Positions 39,049-47,539 of a stretch of DNA of 64,000 bases are shown here, piece after piece. Positions within the stretch are counted from its first letter, which is position 1, and every line of letters begins with the position of its first letter. This DNA is from Polyangiaceae bacterium (GTDB lineage Bacteria > Myxococcota_A > Polyangia > Polyangiales > Polyangiaceae): assembly GCA_035063585.1 (NCBI GenBank), contig JAPSGB010000022.1, forward strand, positions 1-64,000, given 5' to 3'. A model generated the notes under the pieces. The model was not told the origin of the DNA. It did not search any database and was given only the letters and a program-made list of their open reading frames with translations. The position numbers were made by a program, and so were the translations under genes.

Positions 39049-40065
39049 ATGAGCTATCGAAAGGATCTCTCCGAGGCCATCGGGCATACCCCCCTCATCC
39101 GGCTCCGCCGGGTGAGCGACGCCACCGGCTGCGAGCTGCTCGGCAAGGCCGAGTTCATGAACCCGGGCGGCTCGATCAAGGATCGCACCGCGCTCGGGCT
39201 CCTGAACGACGCCGAGGCGAAGGGGCTCGTGCGCCCGGGGACCATCCTCGTCGAAGGCACGGCCGGCAACACCGGCATCGGGCTCGCCCTGCTCGGCGCG
39301 AGCCGCGGGCACCGCTCGATCATCGTGATGCCGAGCTCGCAGAGCCCCGAGAAGATCGACGCGCTCCGGCTCACCGGCGCCGAGGTGCGGCTGGTTCCGC
39401 CGGCGAAGGCCGCCGATCCGAACCATTACGTGAACCGGGCGCGCGCGCTCGCCGAGGAGCTCAACCAGAAGGAGCCCGGCAGCGCGTGGTTCGCCGATCA
39501 GTTCGACAACCTCGCCAACCGCGCCATCCACGAGGCGCTCACCGGCCCCGAGCTCTGGGACGACCTCGGCGGGCGCATCGACGGCTTCGTGTGCTCGGCC
39601 GGGACGGGCGGGAGCCTCGCGGGGATTTCGCGCGCGCTCAAGGCGAGAGACTCCAAGGTCGTGACTGCGCTCGCCGATCCGGACGGCTCCGCGCTGGCGA
39701 GCTACGTGAACCACGGCGCGCTCGAGGCGCACGGCAGCTCCTTCACGGAGGGGATCGGTGTGAGCCGCGTCACCGCGAATTTCGATGGCGCGCCGCTCGA
39801 CCGAGCCTGGTCGATCGCGGACACCGAGTCGGTGCCGCTCCTGCACGAGCTGCTCTTCTTCGAGGGGCTCTGCCTCGGCGGCTCGAGCGGTGTGAACGTC
39901 GCAGGCGCGGTGCGGCTCGCGCGTGAGCTCGGCCCCGGGCACACCATCGTGACGCTCCTCTGTGACTCGGGGACGCGCTACAAGAACAAGCTCTTTAGCC
40001 CCGCGTTCTTGCGTGAGAAGGGCGTCCCCGTGCCTGCGTGGCTCGACCGCGCGGTCCCCGGCTGA
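39049..40065 (+). CDS. cysK: Cysteine synthase (PLP-dependent)
   Basis: IGHTPL, KAEFMNPGGSIKDR, EGTAGNTG, GTGGS, EGIG, LCDSGTRY. Confidence 0.88.
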   Translation: MSYRKDLSEAIGHTPLIRLRRVSDATGCELLGKAEFMNPGGSIKDRTALGLLNDAEAKGLVRPGTILVEGTAGNTGIGLALLGASRGHRSIIVMPSSQSPEKIDALRLTGAEVRLVPPAKAADPNHYVNRARALAEELNQKEPGSAWFADQFDNLANRAIHEALTGPELWDDLGGRIDGFVCSAGTGGSLAGISRALKARDSKVVTALADPDGSALASYVNHGALEAHGSSFTEGIGVSRVTANFDGAPLDRAWSIADTESVPLLHELLFFEGLCLGGSSGVNVAGAVRLARELGPGHTIVTLLCDSGTRYKNKLFSPAFLREKGVPVPAWLDRAVPG

Positions 40066-40072
40066 GCTCGCG

Positions 40073-40930
40073 TCAACGGCGCGCCGCGATCACGCTCCCG
40101 AGCAGCTCCGGGTCGTCGGTCATGATCCCGTGCACCCGCAGCGCGAGGAGGCGCGTCATCTCGGCCTCGTCGTTCACCGTCCAGGCGTGGATGCGGAGCC
40201 GCTTGCGCTTGGCGAGGGCCATCACCTCCGTCTTCACCATCGCGGCGGGCGGCTGCACGAGGCGAGTGGGCGGATGGTAGTCGGCCTCGGTGTCCGCGCT
40301 CACCATGCTGAGCTCGAGCATCTCGGCCATGGCCATGCCGGTGAGGATGTCCGGCCGCTTCTCGCGGACCTCGTGCACGACGTCGTCGGCGAACGAGACC
40401 ACCACCACGTGATCCGTCGCGCCGGTCTCGTCGAGGACGCGGATGACATCATCGACGATGTTCGGCGTCGTCTGCTTGATCTCGATGCTCCACCAGCGCC
40501 CGCGCGCGGACTCGAGCGCCTCGCGGAGCGTGGGGACCTGGACCCCGGCGCCGCGATACGGATGGGTCGCTCCGCCGTCGGGTGAGAAGTGGTACCCGGC
40601 GTCGAGCTTGCGAAGCTCGGCGAGGCTGAAATCGTGGATCTTGCCGGTGCCGTCGGTCGTGCGATCGACCGTGTCGTCGTGCATGAGGACGAGCTCACCG
40701 TCCGAGGTCGAGTGGACGTCGCACTCGAGCACCTGAGCGCCGACCGCGAGCGCGTTCTCGAAGGCGAGCAGCGTCTCCTCGGGGCGGAGCAGGCCGCCCC
40801 CGCGGTGCGCGATGACGAGCGGCGCGTCGCAGAGCAGGCGGTTCTCGCACCCGTCGGAGTCGCCGTCCTCGCCGCCGCAGCCGGCGAGCGCCAGCGTCGC
40901 GAGCACCCAGAAGAGCTTCGAACGCAGCAT
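40073..40930 (-). CDS. Glycerophosphodiester phosphodiesterase lipoprotein
   Basis: LAGC lipobox; IAHRGG, ECDV, HD.TVDRTT, IEIK, WTVN, TDDP. Confidence 0.93.
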   Translation of the reverse strand: MLRSKLFWVLATLALAGCGGEDGDSDGCENRLLCDAPLVIAHRGGGLLRPEETLLAFENALAVGAQVLECDVHSTSDGELVLMHDDTVDRTTDGTGKIHDFSLAELRKLDAGYHFSPDGGATHPYRGAGVQVPTLREALESARGRWWSIEIKQTTPNIVDDVIRVLDETGATDHVVVVSFADDVVHEVREKRPDILTGMAMAEMLELSMVSADTEADYHPPTRLVQPPAAMVKTEVMALAKRKRLRIHAWTVNDEAEMTRLLALRVHGIMTDDPELLGSVIAARR

Positions 40931-40977
40931 CGCGCGAGGATAGCATCACCCCGCGGCGTGGTCGCGCTGGGCCGGCG

Positions 40978-42222
40978 TCACTCGTAGACCTTCTCGTCGA
41001 CCGCGGTCGCCTGGGCGGCATCGCCCTCCGTGTCGCGGGTCGCCTGGGCGGCGCGCGCCTCGCGCGCCTCGCGGTACCACTCGCTCGCGGTGATGACCGC
41101 CATCACCTCGCTCGTGCCCGTCCAGATCGAGGCGAGGCGCAGATCGCGAACGATGCGCTCGATGGGGAAGACGTTCGTGTAGCCGATGCCGCCCATCACC
41201 TGCATCGCGTGGTCGGCGGCCTTCTGACAGGACTCGGTCACGAACTTCTTCGTCTCCGAGACCAGCCGCCGGATCCGGTTCGGGGGCGCTCCGCGGTCGA
41301 CCGCGAGCGCGGTCGAGTAGACGAGCGCGCGCGAAGCGTCGAGGAGCGTCGCGGCCTCGGCGATTTGAAAGCTCACCCCTTGAAAGCGGTTGATCGGCTG
41401 CCCGAAGGCCTTTCGCTTCGTGGTGTAGGTCGTCGCGACCTCGAGCGCGGGACGCGCGGCGCCTACCGTCATCGCCGCGGTGCCGAGCCGCTCGGGGATC
41501 ATCATGGTGTTGAAGACGTCGTAGCCGCCGTGCAGCCGTCCGAGCAGGTTCTCCTTCGGGACCTTCACGTCGTGGAACACCACCCGGCTCGCGCCCCCGC
41601 CGCGGCACCCCATGAGCCCGTAGAGGTAGCTCGTCTCGACGCCGGGGGAGCGATCGACGATGAAGCACGAGATCGCCTCGTGCGGTTTGGCGTCGGGGTC
41701 GGTGCGCGCGTAGACGAGGAAATAGTCGGCTGCGGTGCCGCCCACGATGAAGCGCTTCTGGCCGTTCAGGAGGAAGTGGTCACCTCGATCCTCGGCGCGG
41801 GTGCTGGTGGCGAAGAAATCCGAGCCGCCGCGCGGCTCGGTGAGGCACTCGGCGGCGAAGAGCTCGCCGCGGAGCAGCGGTTTCACGTACTTTTCGCGCT
41901 GCGCGTCCGTCCCGTGGAGCACGATGGCGTCGCAGACGAGCTCGGCCCCGACCCCGAACACGCACGCGAAGATGTAGCCGAGCACGCCGACCTCTTCCAT
42001 CACCATCGCGGTCGTCACCCAGTCGAACCCGCGGCCGCCCCAGCGCGGATCGTAGCGCACGCCGAGGAGGTGCTTGCGCCCCGCTTCGCGCAGGAGGTCG
42101 CGCGGGAAGTCGACGCGGTCGGCGTCCATGTCGAGGATGAGCTCGCGCGGCACCGACTTCACGAGCGCGCGCACTTCGTCGCGGAGCGCGAGCTGCCGCG
42201 CGTCGAGGAGATGATCGAACAT
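40978..42222 (-). CDS. Acyl-CoA dehydrogenase
   Basis: CLTEPRGGSD, LNGQKRFI, RKAFGQPI, QVMGGIGY, RDLR. Confidence 0.94.
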   Translation of the reverse strand: MFDHLLDARQLALRDEVRALVKSVPRELILDMDADRVDFPRDLLREAGRKHLLGVRYDPRWGGRGFDWVTTAMVMEEVGVLGYIFACVFGVGAELVCDAIVLHGTDAQREKYVKPLLRGELFAAECLTEPRGGSDFFATSTRAEDRGDHFLLNGQKRFIVGGTAADYFLVYARTDPDAKPHEAISCFIVDRSPGVETSYLYGLMGCRGGGASRVVFHDVKVPKENLLGRLHGGYDVFNTMMIPERLGTAAMTVGAARPALEVATTYTTKRKAFGQPINRFQGVSFQIAEAATLLDASRALVYSTALAVDRGAPPNRIRRLVSETKKFVTESCQKAADHAMQVMGGIGYTNVFPIERIVRDLRLASIWTGTSEVMAVITASEWYREAREARAAQATRDTEGDAAQATAVDEKVYE

Positions 42223-42345
42223 GCCCGCATGATACGCGCCAGCCGGCGCGCTCCGGAACCGACGAGCGTCAGCCGCGAGGGCCGGCGGCCGCGCGGCCGA
42301 CCGGACCGAGCGCGCCCACGTGGCTTCGGCGGTGGGGCTTCATCG

Positions 42346-43077
42346 TCACGGCGAAGCGTACGCGGTGAACGATCTCTCGAAGAGCACGCGGGTTCGATAC
42401 AGGCTCACGGGCGCGAGGATGCGCTCGAGGGTGGACCACGAGAAGCACTCGGCCTGACGCTCGTGATCTTGGCTCGCGAGCTCCTGGGCTCTCGCCCGGC
42501 CGAGGACCTTCGACAGGGAGTCGAAGAGCTCTCCTTTGAACGGGTGGACGCCCTTCGCGCGGTTCTGCCGGTTATGGAGCGCGTGCCCGAGCTCGTGGAG
42601 CGCGACGTGCGCGAGGTAGCCGATGAGCGTGTCTCGCTGCGCCGAGAGCGGGAAGCTGCGCGGAAGCTCCTCCCACAGGTCACGGTAGAGCTCGTCGTAC
42701 TGCTCCATCTTCCAGTCGTCGAGGGTGATGAGGTCGAAGTGTTCGTCACCCTCGAAGCCCGCCTGGCAACGCCCGATGTCCGGGAAGCGCGAGCGCTCCA
42801 CCCCGCTCAGGACGATCGCGACGCCCGGGATCCCCTGGTCGAGCCCGACCCAGCGGAGCGCCTCGATCCAGTAGCGGGTGAGCTTGGTTCGCGCGAGCGT
42901 GTGCACCGTACCGCACCAGGGCAGCACCTGGGTGGTGGTGAGCCCGAGCTCGTTCTCGTCCAGGAGCTCGCCTGGATCGTCGCTGAGCGACGGCGGCCGT
43001 CGCGCGGGGGCTCGCCGCTTCGGCGTCTTCGTCGCCCCGCGCTTCCTCGCCACCCTCCCCGGCGCTTCCTTGGCCAT
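42346..43077 (-). CDS. Hypothetical protein with HExxH zinc-metallopeptidase motif
   Basis: ALHELGHALH and downstream ERQAECFS; basic disordered N-terminus. Confidence 0.7.
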   Translation of the reverse strand: MAKEAPGRVARKRGATKTPKRRAPARRPPSLSDDPGELLDENELGLTTTQVLPWCGTVHTLARTKLTRYWIEALRWVGLDQGIPGVAIVLSGVERSRFPDIGRCQAGFEGDEHFDLITLDDWKMEQYDELYRDLWEELPRSFPLSAQRDTLIGYLAHVALHELGHALHNRQNRAKGVHPFKGELFDSLSKVLGRARAQELASQDHERQAECFSWSTLERILAPVSLYRTRVLFERSFTAYASP

Positions 43078-43300
43078 TTGCCAGCCATAGACCTCGGCGC
43101 CCCGCCGCGCAACCCTCGGGCGGACATTGTTTGTCTGGCATCGCGCCGGCGCCGCCGGCCGCGCCGGACCGAAATCCAGGCTCCTCGGAGGTGAAGCGCC
43201 AGCGGCGCGCCCGCGGAGCTCTGACAAGCAATGTCAGCTCTGGGCGCGAGCGAGGATGGTCGGCCCGTCGCGGCCGGCGGCGCGGCCCGCTTGGGTGGGC

Positions 43301-44851
43301 TCAGCGGCGGCGGCGGCGCAAGAGCGCGACCGCGCCGAGCGCGAGGAGCGCGAGCGCCGAGCGCGGAGCGCCCTCGTCGGTCGAGCCCGCGGTCCGGCAT
43401 CCGCAGCCGCTCGAGTCCGCGTAGGGAGCGGCGCCGTTCGGCGCGCCCGCCGCGCCGGCGCTGCCGCCGTCCGCTTCCGGCTCGGGGTCGGGCTCGGCGA
43501 GGTTCTCTCCCTTGCCATAGCCGGAGACCTTGAACTCTTGCACGGGCGAGTCTGGATCGTTGCTGGTGACGGTGATGGTCGCCTCTTGCTTGCCCTTCGT
43601 GGTCGGCTTGAAGCGAACGCTGAGGTTGAAGCTGTCGCCCGGGTCGATCATGGTCGACGCGACGCCTACCGTGAACTGCGGGTCGTCACTCGTGAACTCG
43701 AGCGTCGCGGCCATCTCGCCGGTGTTGTCGATGGTGACGCTCTTGTCCTTCCGATCGCCGCCCTCGACCTGCCCGAAATCGACCAGGCTCCCCGGCGCGA
43801 ACACGTTCGGGAGCGGCAGGTGGACGACGCGGTTCGGGAAGGTCACCGGGATCGGCGGACCGGAGATGGGGACCGCGAGACCTACGTTGATGGGGAAGCT
43901 CAGGGTGATCGGGAACCCGGCCACCGAGCTGATGTTGATGACGGGGCGGAAATCGAGCGTGCCTTCATAGGCGATCTCGCCGAGCGTCTGCGCGGTGAAT
44001 TCGAGGTAGTCCTGATCCACCATCGGGAACTGGGTGGTCCCGTCCGGCTGGGAGATGGGACCGGTGCTGCCCGCGATTTTCACCTGCTTCGTGGTGTAGG
44101 TGAACTCGATGTCGGTGGTGGCGTTGAAGCTGAAGCTGCCCTCGAGCACATCGTTGAAGCCGCCCGAGCCGACCAGCTTGCCGAGTTGCTCGAAGGTGAT
44201 GCTAAAGAGCTGCGAGTTCGCGAGATCGGTGCCCTTCACCCGGGCCGTCGCGCCGGCGAACCCCCACGGGTTGAACTTGGTGCTACCCATCGCGACGTAG
44301 TCGAAGTGCGACTGGATGGGCAGGAGCGGCAGGAGCTTCGAGGCGTCGATGTGGATCTCGCCTTTGAAGATGCTGCCCGCGTCGAGGTAGAGCCCGAAAT
44401 CCGGCGTGATGGTGTGGGTGATGCTGAAGGTGCCGTCCTTCTGCAGGTCCTGCTCGAGCTGGACCACGAACGCGGAGGTGTCGGGCCAGCTCGCGCTCAT
44501 CACCGAGCCCTTCGGCATCTCCACCTTCCAGATCGACTGCTCGTTCAGCGGGTCGAGCGCGACCTGGAGGTCTATTTGCACTTTCTTGTCGCAGTGGCCG
44601 TCCGACGTCATGGGGTCGCACTTCGGGACCCAGCCGGTGTCGATGCCGATCGGCAGGCGCTGGTTCGAGGAGGTGTTGTTCTTCTCGATGGTCGCGCTCG
44701 AGCAGTAGAGCGTGCTCGGATCGCAGGGGCCGCTCGGCGCGCCGCCGTCGGCGTCCTGGGCGAGCGCGCCGGCGGTGGTGACGAGCGCGCCGGTGGCGAC
44801 GAGTAGCGAGAGCGCGGTGCGCAACGGACGGGACGAGACGAGGTGGGACAT
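43301..44851 (-). CDS. Secreted beta-rich protein with choice-of-anchor-D/ASH-like Ig domain and MYXO-CTERM tail
   Basis: Signal peptide; DFGQV...NTG...VRFKP...TSNDPDSP...GYG; GCGCR + hydrophobic + RRRRR. Confidence 0.85.
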   Translation of the reverse strand: MSHLVSSRPLRTALSLLVATGALVTTAGALAQDADGGAPSGPCDPSTLYCSSATIEKNNTSSNQRLPIGIDTGWVPKCDPMTSDGHCDKKVQIDLQVALDPLNEQSIWKVEMPKGSVMSASWPDTSAFVVQLEQDLQKDGTFSITHTITPDFGLYLDAGSIFKGEIHIDASKLLPLLPIQSHFDYVAMGSTKFNPWGFAGATARVKGTDLANSQLFSITFEQLGKLVGSGGFNDVLEGSFSFNATTDIEFTYTTKQVKIAGSTGPISQPDGTTQFPMVDQDYLEFTAQTLGEIAYEGTLDFRPVINISSVAGFPITLSFPINVGLAVPISGPPIPVTFPNRVVHLPLPNVFAPGSLVDFGQVEGGDRKDKSVTIDNTGEMAATLEFTSDDPQFTVGVASTMIDPGDSFNLSVRFKPTTKGKQEATITVTSNDPDSPVQEFKVSGYGKGENLAEPDPEPEADGGSAGAAGAPNGAAPYADSSGCGCRTAGSTDEGAPRSALALLALGAVALLRRRRR

Positions 44852-44876
44852 TTTCGCGAGTTCTCCCAGTCGAGGG

Positions 44877-46343
44877 TCAAGCGTGGCGGCGCGAGCCGCG
44901 AGTCCGCCGGCGCGCCGTGAAGAGCGCGACGCCGGTCAAGGCGATGAGCGAGCCGCCGAGGGGCGCTCCGTCGTGTGCGACGGCGCGGCAGCCGCAGCCC
45001 GCGGGATCGCCCGACAGAGCGGCGAGCCCGTCGCCCGCGTCGTCGAGCGGAGCGCCCGCGTCCTCCTCGTCCGTCGGGTAGTCGGGCGAATCCTCCTCGA
45101 CCCCGGTGCCGCGCAGAGTGACCTCGATGAAGCGGTTGTCCGGGTCGTTGGTGATGAGGGTCAGCTTGGTCTTGAAGGCGCCGAGCTGCTTCGGTGTGAA
45201 GCGGACGTCGATCGTCTCGGTGCTCCCCGGATCGATGGTCATCGATGGGCTCAGCAACTTGAAGGCGTCGGTGGTGGTCGCGTCGATGAAGCCGGTGGCG
45301 AGCGCGGTGGCCTCGCCGATGTCCGAGAGCGAGACCGACTTCTTCTTGCCGCCGCCGATGGGGACCGCGCCGAAATCGATGATGTCATCCGCCAGCGGAG
45401 GAATGTCCGGGAGCGGTACGTGCACCGTGAGCGGGTCGAACACGAACGCCTGGTCGCCGAGCGGGACCGTGATCGGAAAATCGAAGATCGGGAGATCGAG
45501 GCGATATCCGAGCGCCTCGACGAAGAAGGACGGGATGAGGTGGAGCGCGCCGTCGTAGTGCACCTTGCCCTCGGGCCAGACGTCGTATTCTACGAATCCG
45601 CCGCCGGCGAACGCGCGCGTCACCTTGCCGCCCTCGGTGGTGATGGGTGTCTCGTTGGCGCCGGCCGGCGCGATCATCATGCGCTCGGTGGTGTACGTGG
45701 CTCGGAGCTCGCCCTTCACGTTGAGCGCGATGCCGCCCTTGCTGATCTGGCTCGGGATCCCGACCAGGCCGAGCAGGTTCACGTCGAAGAGCTTGAGCGA
45801 CTGGGTGAACGCGCTCGCGCTCGCGCCGTTCGGGGCGAACGCCCACGGATCGAAGAGCGTGCCGCCCTTCAGGTGGAAATCCACCTGCGGCACGTAGGGA
45901 ATGTCCCCCGTCCAGGTGATGTGGATGCCGAGGATCTTGGTGTCGATGCGCGCCTTCGCGCCGACCTCGAGCCCGTAGTCGAAGCCGAGGAAGGCGTTCC
46001 GCCCCGGGAGCACCGAGAGCGTCATGGGGTCGGGCCACTCGGTCACGAACTGCCCGTTCAGCCGCACCGTCGTGTCCGCGGGCACCTTCACGTAGAAGCG
46101 GACCTGGAGATCGCTCCCGCTCGGGATCCAGTCGGTGTCCCAGTCGAAGGCGACGGGAAGCTGGATGGTCTTCTCGTACGCGATGGGAGCGAGCGTGCAG
46201 CGGAGCTCCGGATCCGCGCAGTAGTCGGCGATGATCGCGCCGGGCGTCACGGTCGGCCCGCCGTCGGCGCCGGCGTCCTGCGCGAGCGCGGACGGAGCCG
46301 CCGCGAACGTCGCCGCCAACAGGCCCCACCCGAGAAGTTTCAT
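44877..46343 (-). CDS. Paralog of the neighbouring MYXO-CTERM protein
   Basis: Shared motifs with 43301-44851: LPV..DT.W.P, F.PW.F, YDG.L, VH.PLP, DFG.V, RF.P, TND PD, GCGCR. Confidence 0.85.
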   Translation of the reverse strand: MKLLGWGLLAATFAAAPSALAQDAGADGGPTVTPGAIIADYCADPELRCTLAPIAYEKTIQLPVAFDWDTDWIPSGSDLQVRFYVKVPADTTVRLNGQFVTEWPDPMTLSVLPGRNAFLGFDYGLEVGAKARIDTKILGIHITWTGDIPYVPQVDFHLKGGTLFDPWAFAPNGASASAFTQSLKLFDVNLLGLVGIPSQISKGGIALNVKGELRATYTTERMMIAPAGANETPITTEGGKVTRAFAGGGFVEYDVWPEGKVHYDGALHLIPSFFVEALGYRLDLPIFDFPITVPLGDQAFVFDPLTVHVPLPDIPPLADDIIDFGAVPIGGGKKKSVSLSDIGEATALATGFIDATTTDAFKLLSPSMTIDPGSTETIDVRFTPKQLGAFKTKLTLITNDPDNRFIEVTLRGTGVEEDSPDYPTDEEDAGAPLDDAGDGLAALSGDPAGCGCRAVAHDGAPLGGSLIALTGVALFTARRRTRGSRRHA

Positions 46344-46467
46344 CGGCGTCGACACCTCATGCCACCAAGCCCTCGGGAAAGTAGCACACCTCGGGCAGGT
46401 TAGGCAGCGAGCGAGCGCGCGGCGTCGCTCCGGCGCGCGCGTCGCGCTAAGCTCGCGCAAGAACCGC

Positions 46468-47493
46468 ATGCGCTCCCCGCGCGGGCTCGGCCCGCTCACG
46501 CTGTCCCTGCTCTCCGTGCTGGTCGGGTGCGGCGGCACCGACGACTCGGCCGGCCGGCGCACCTTCGCGTACCCCCGCGACGACGAGCTCCGGTTGAACC
46601 AGCTCCAGCTCGTAGCGACCCACAACAGCTATCACGTCGCGCCCGAGGGGATTACGAACCCGGCGTGGGCCTACACGCACGCACCTCTCGACGCCCAGCT
46701 CTCCGCCGACGGAGTGCGCGGGGTCGAGCTCGACATTCACTACGACGCGGAGCAGCGGCGCTTCGAGGTCTACCACCTGGCGATGCTCGACGAGGGCACG
46801 CGCTGCCGTCTCTTCATCGACTGCCTCCGGGTGCTCCGGCGCTGGTCCGACGCGCACCCGGCGCACCACACGCTCTTCGTGCATCTCGAGCCGAAGAGCT
46901 TCCCGCCGCCCGAGGCTCCGGAGCCGTGGTTCGACGCGCTGGAGGGCGAGATCACCGCGGTGTGGCCGCGGGGCCGGCTCGTGACCCCGGATGACGTGCG
47001 CGGCGACGCCGCGACTCTGCGCGACGCGGTGCGCGAGCGAGGCTGGCCGACGCTCGGCGAGACGCGCGGCAAGCTCCTCTTTTACGTGGATAACGACACG
47101 GCGTTCCGCGACGCCTACACCCGCGGCGGCGAGGACGTGCGCGGTCGCCTCCTGTTCAGCGACTCCTCGCCGTCCGATCCGTTCGCCGCGATCCGTATCC
47201 TGAACGATCCGACGGGGGACGCGCAGCAGATCGCGGACGCGGTCGACCAGAACCTCATCGTCCGCACGCGCATCGACAGCGAGGGCTCGCCGCTTCCCGC
47301 CGGCGACGCCGCGACGGTCGAGCGCGTGACGTCGACCGGAGCGCAGCTCGTGACCACGGATTTCCCCTCCGCGGACGACGGCGGGAACGGCTACGTCTTT
47401 GCGCTGCCCGGCGGCACGCCGTCGCGCTGCAATCCGCGCACGGCGCCGGCGGACTGCCGCTCCGAGGACATCGAGGACCCCGCTCAGCTCTGA
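46468..47493 (+). CDS. Ca2+-dependent phosphoinositide-specific phospholipase C-like lipoprotein
   Basis: LVGC lipobox; ATHNSYH, GVRGVELDIHY, WSDAHPAH, GWPTL..RGK, GAQLVTTDF. Confidence 0.85.
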   Translation: MRSPRGLGPLTLSLLSVLVGCGGTDDSAGRRTFAYPRDDELRLNQLQLVATHNSYHVAPEGITNPAWAYTHAPLDAQLSADGVRGVELDIHYDAEQRRFEVYHLAMLDEGTRCRLFIDCLRVLRRWSDAHPAHHTLFVHLEPKSFPPPEAPEPWFDALEGEITAVWPRGRLVTPDDVRGDAATLRDAVRERGWPTLGETRGKLLFYVDNDTAFRDAYTRGGEDVRGRLLFSDSSPSDPFAAIRILNDPTGDAQQIADAVDQNLIVRTRIDSEGSPLPAGDAATVERVTSTGAQLVTTDFPSADDGGNGYVFALPGGTPSRCNPRTAPADCRSEDIEDPAQL

Positions 47494-47512
47494 TTCCGCG
47501 CCGGACCGACCC
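47494..47512 (+). repeat. Dispersed REP-like element, forward copy
   Basis: ttccgcgccggaccgaccc directly after the PLC stop, in a convergent gap. Confidence 0.6.
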
Positions 47513-47539
47513 CCGAGGCCCTCCGGCCCGGACCGAGGC

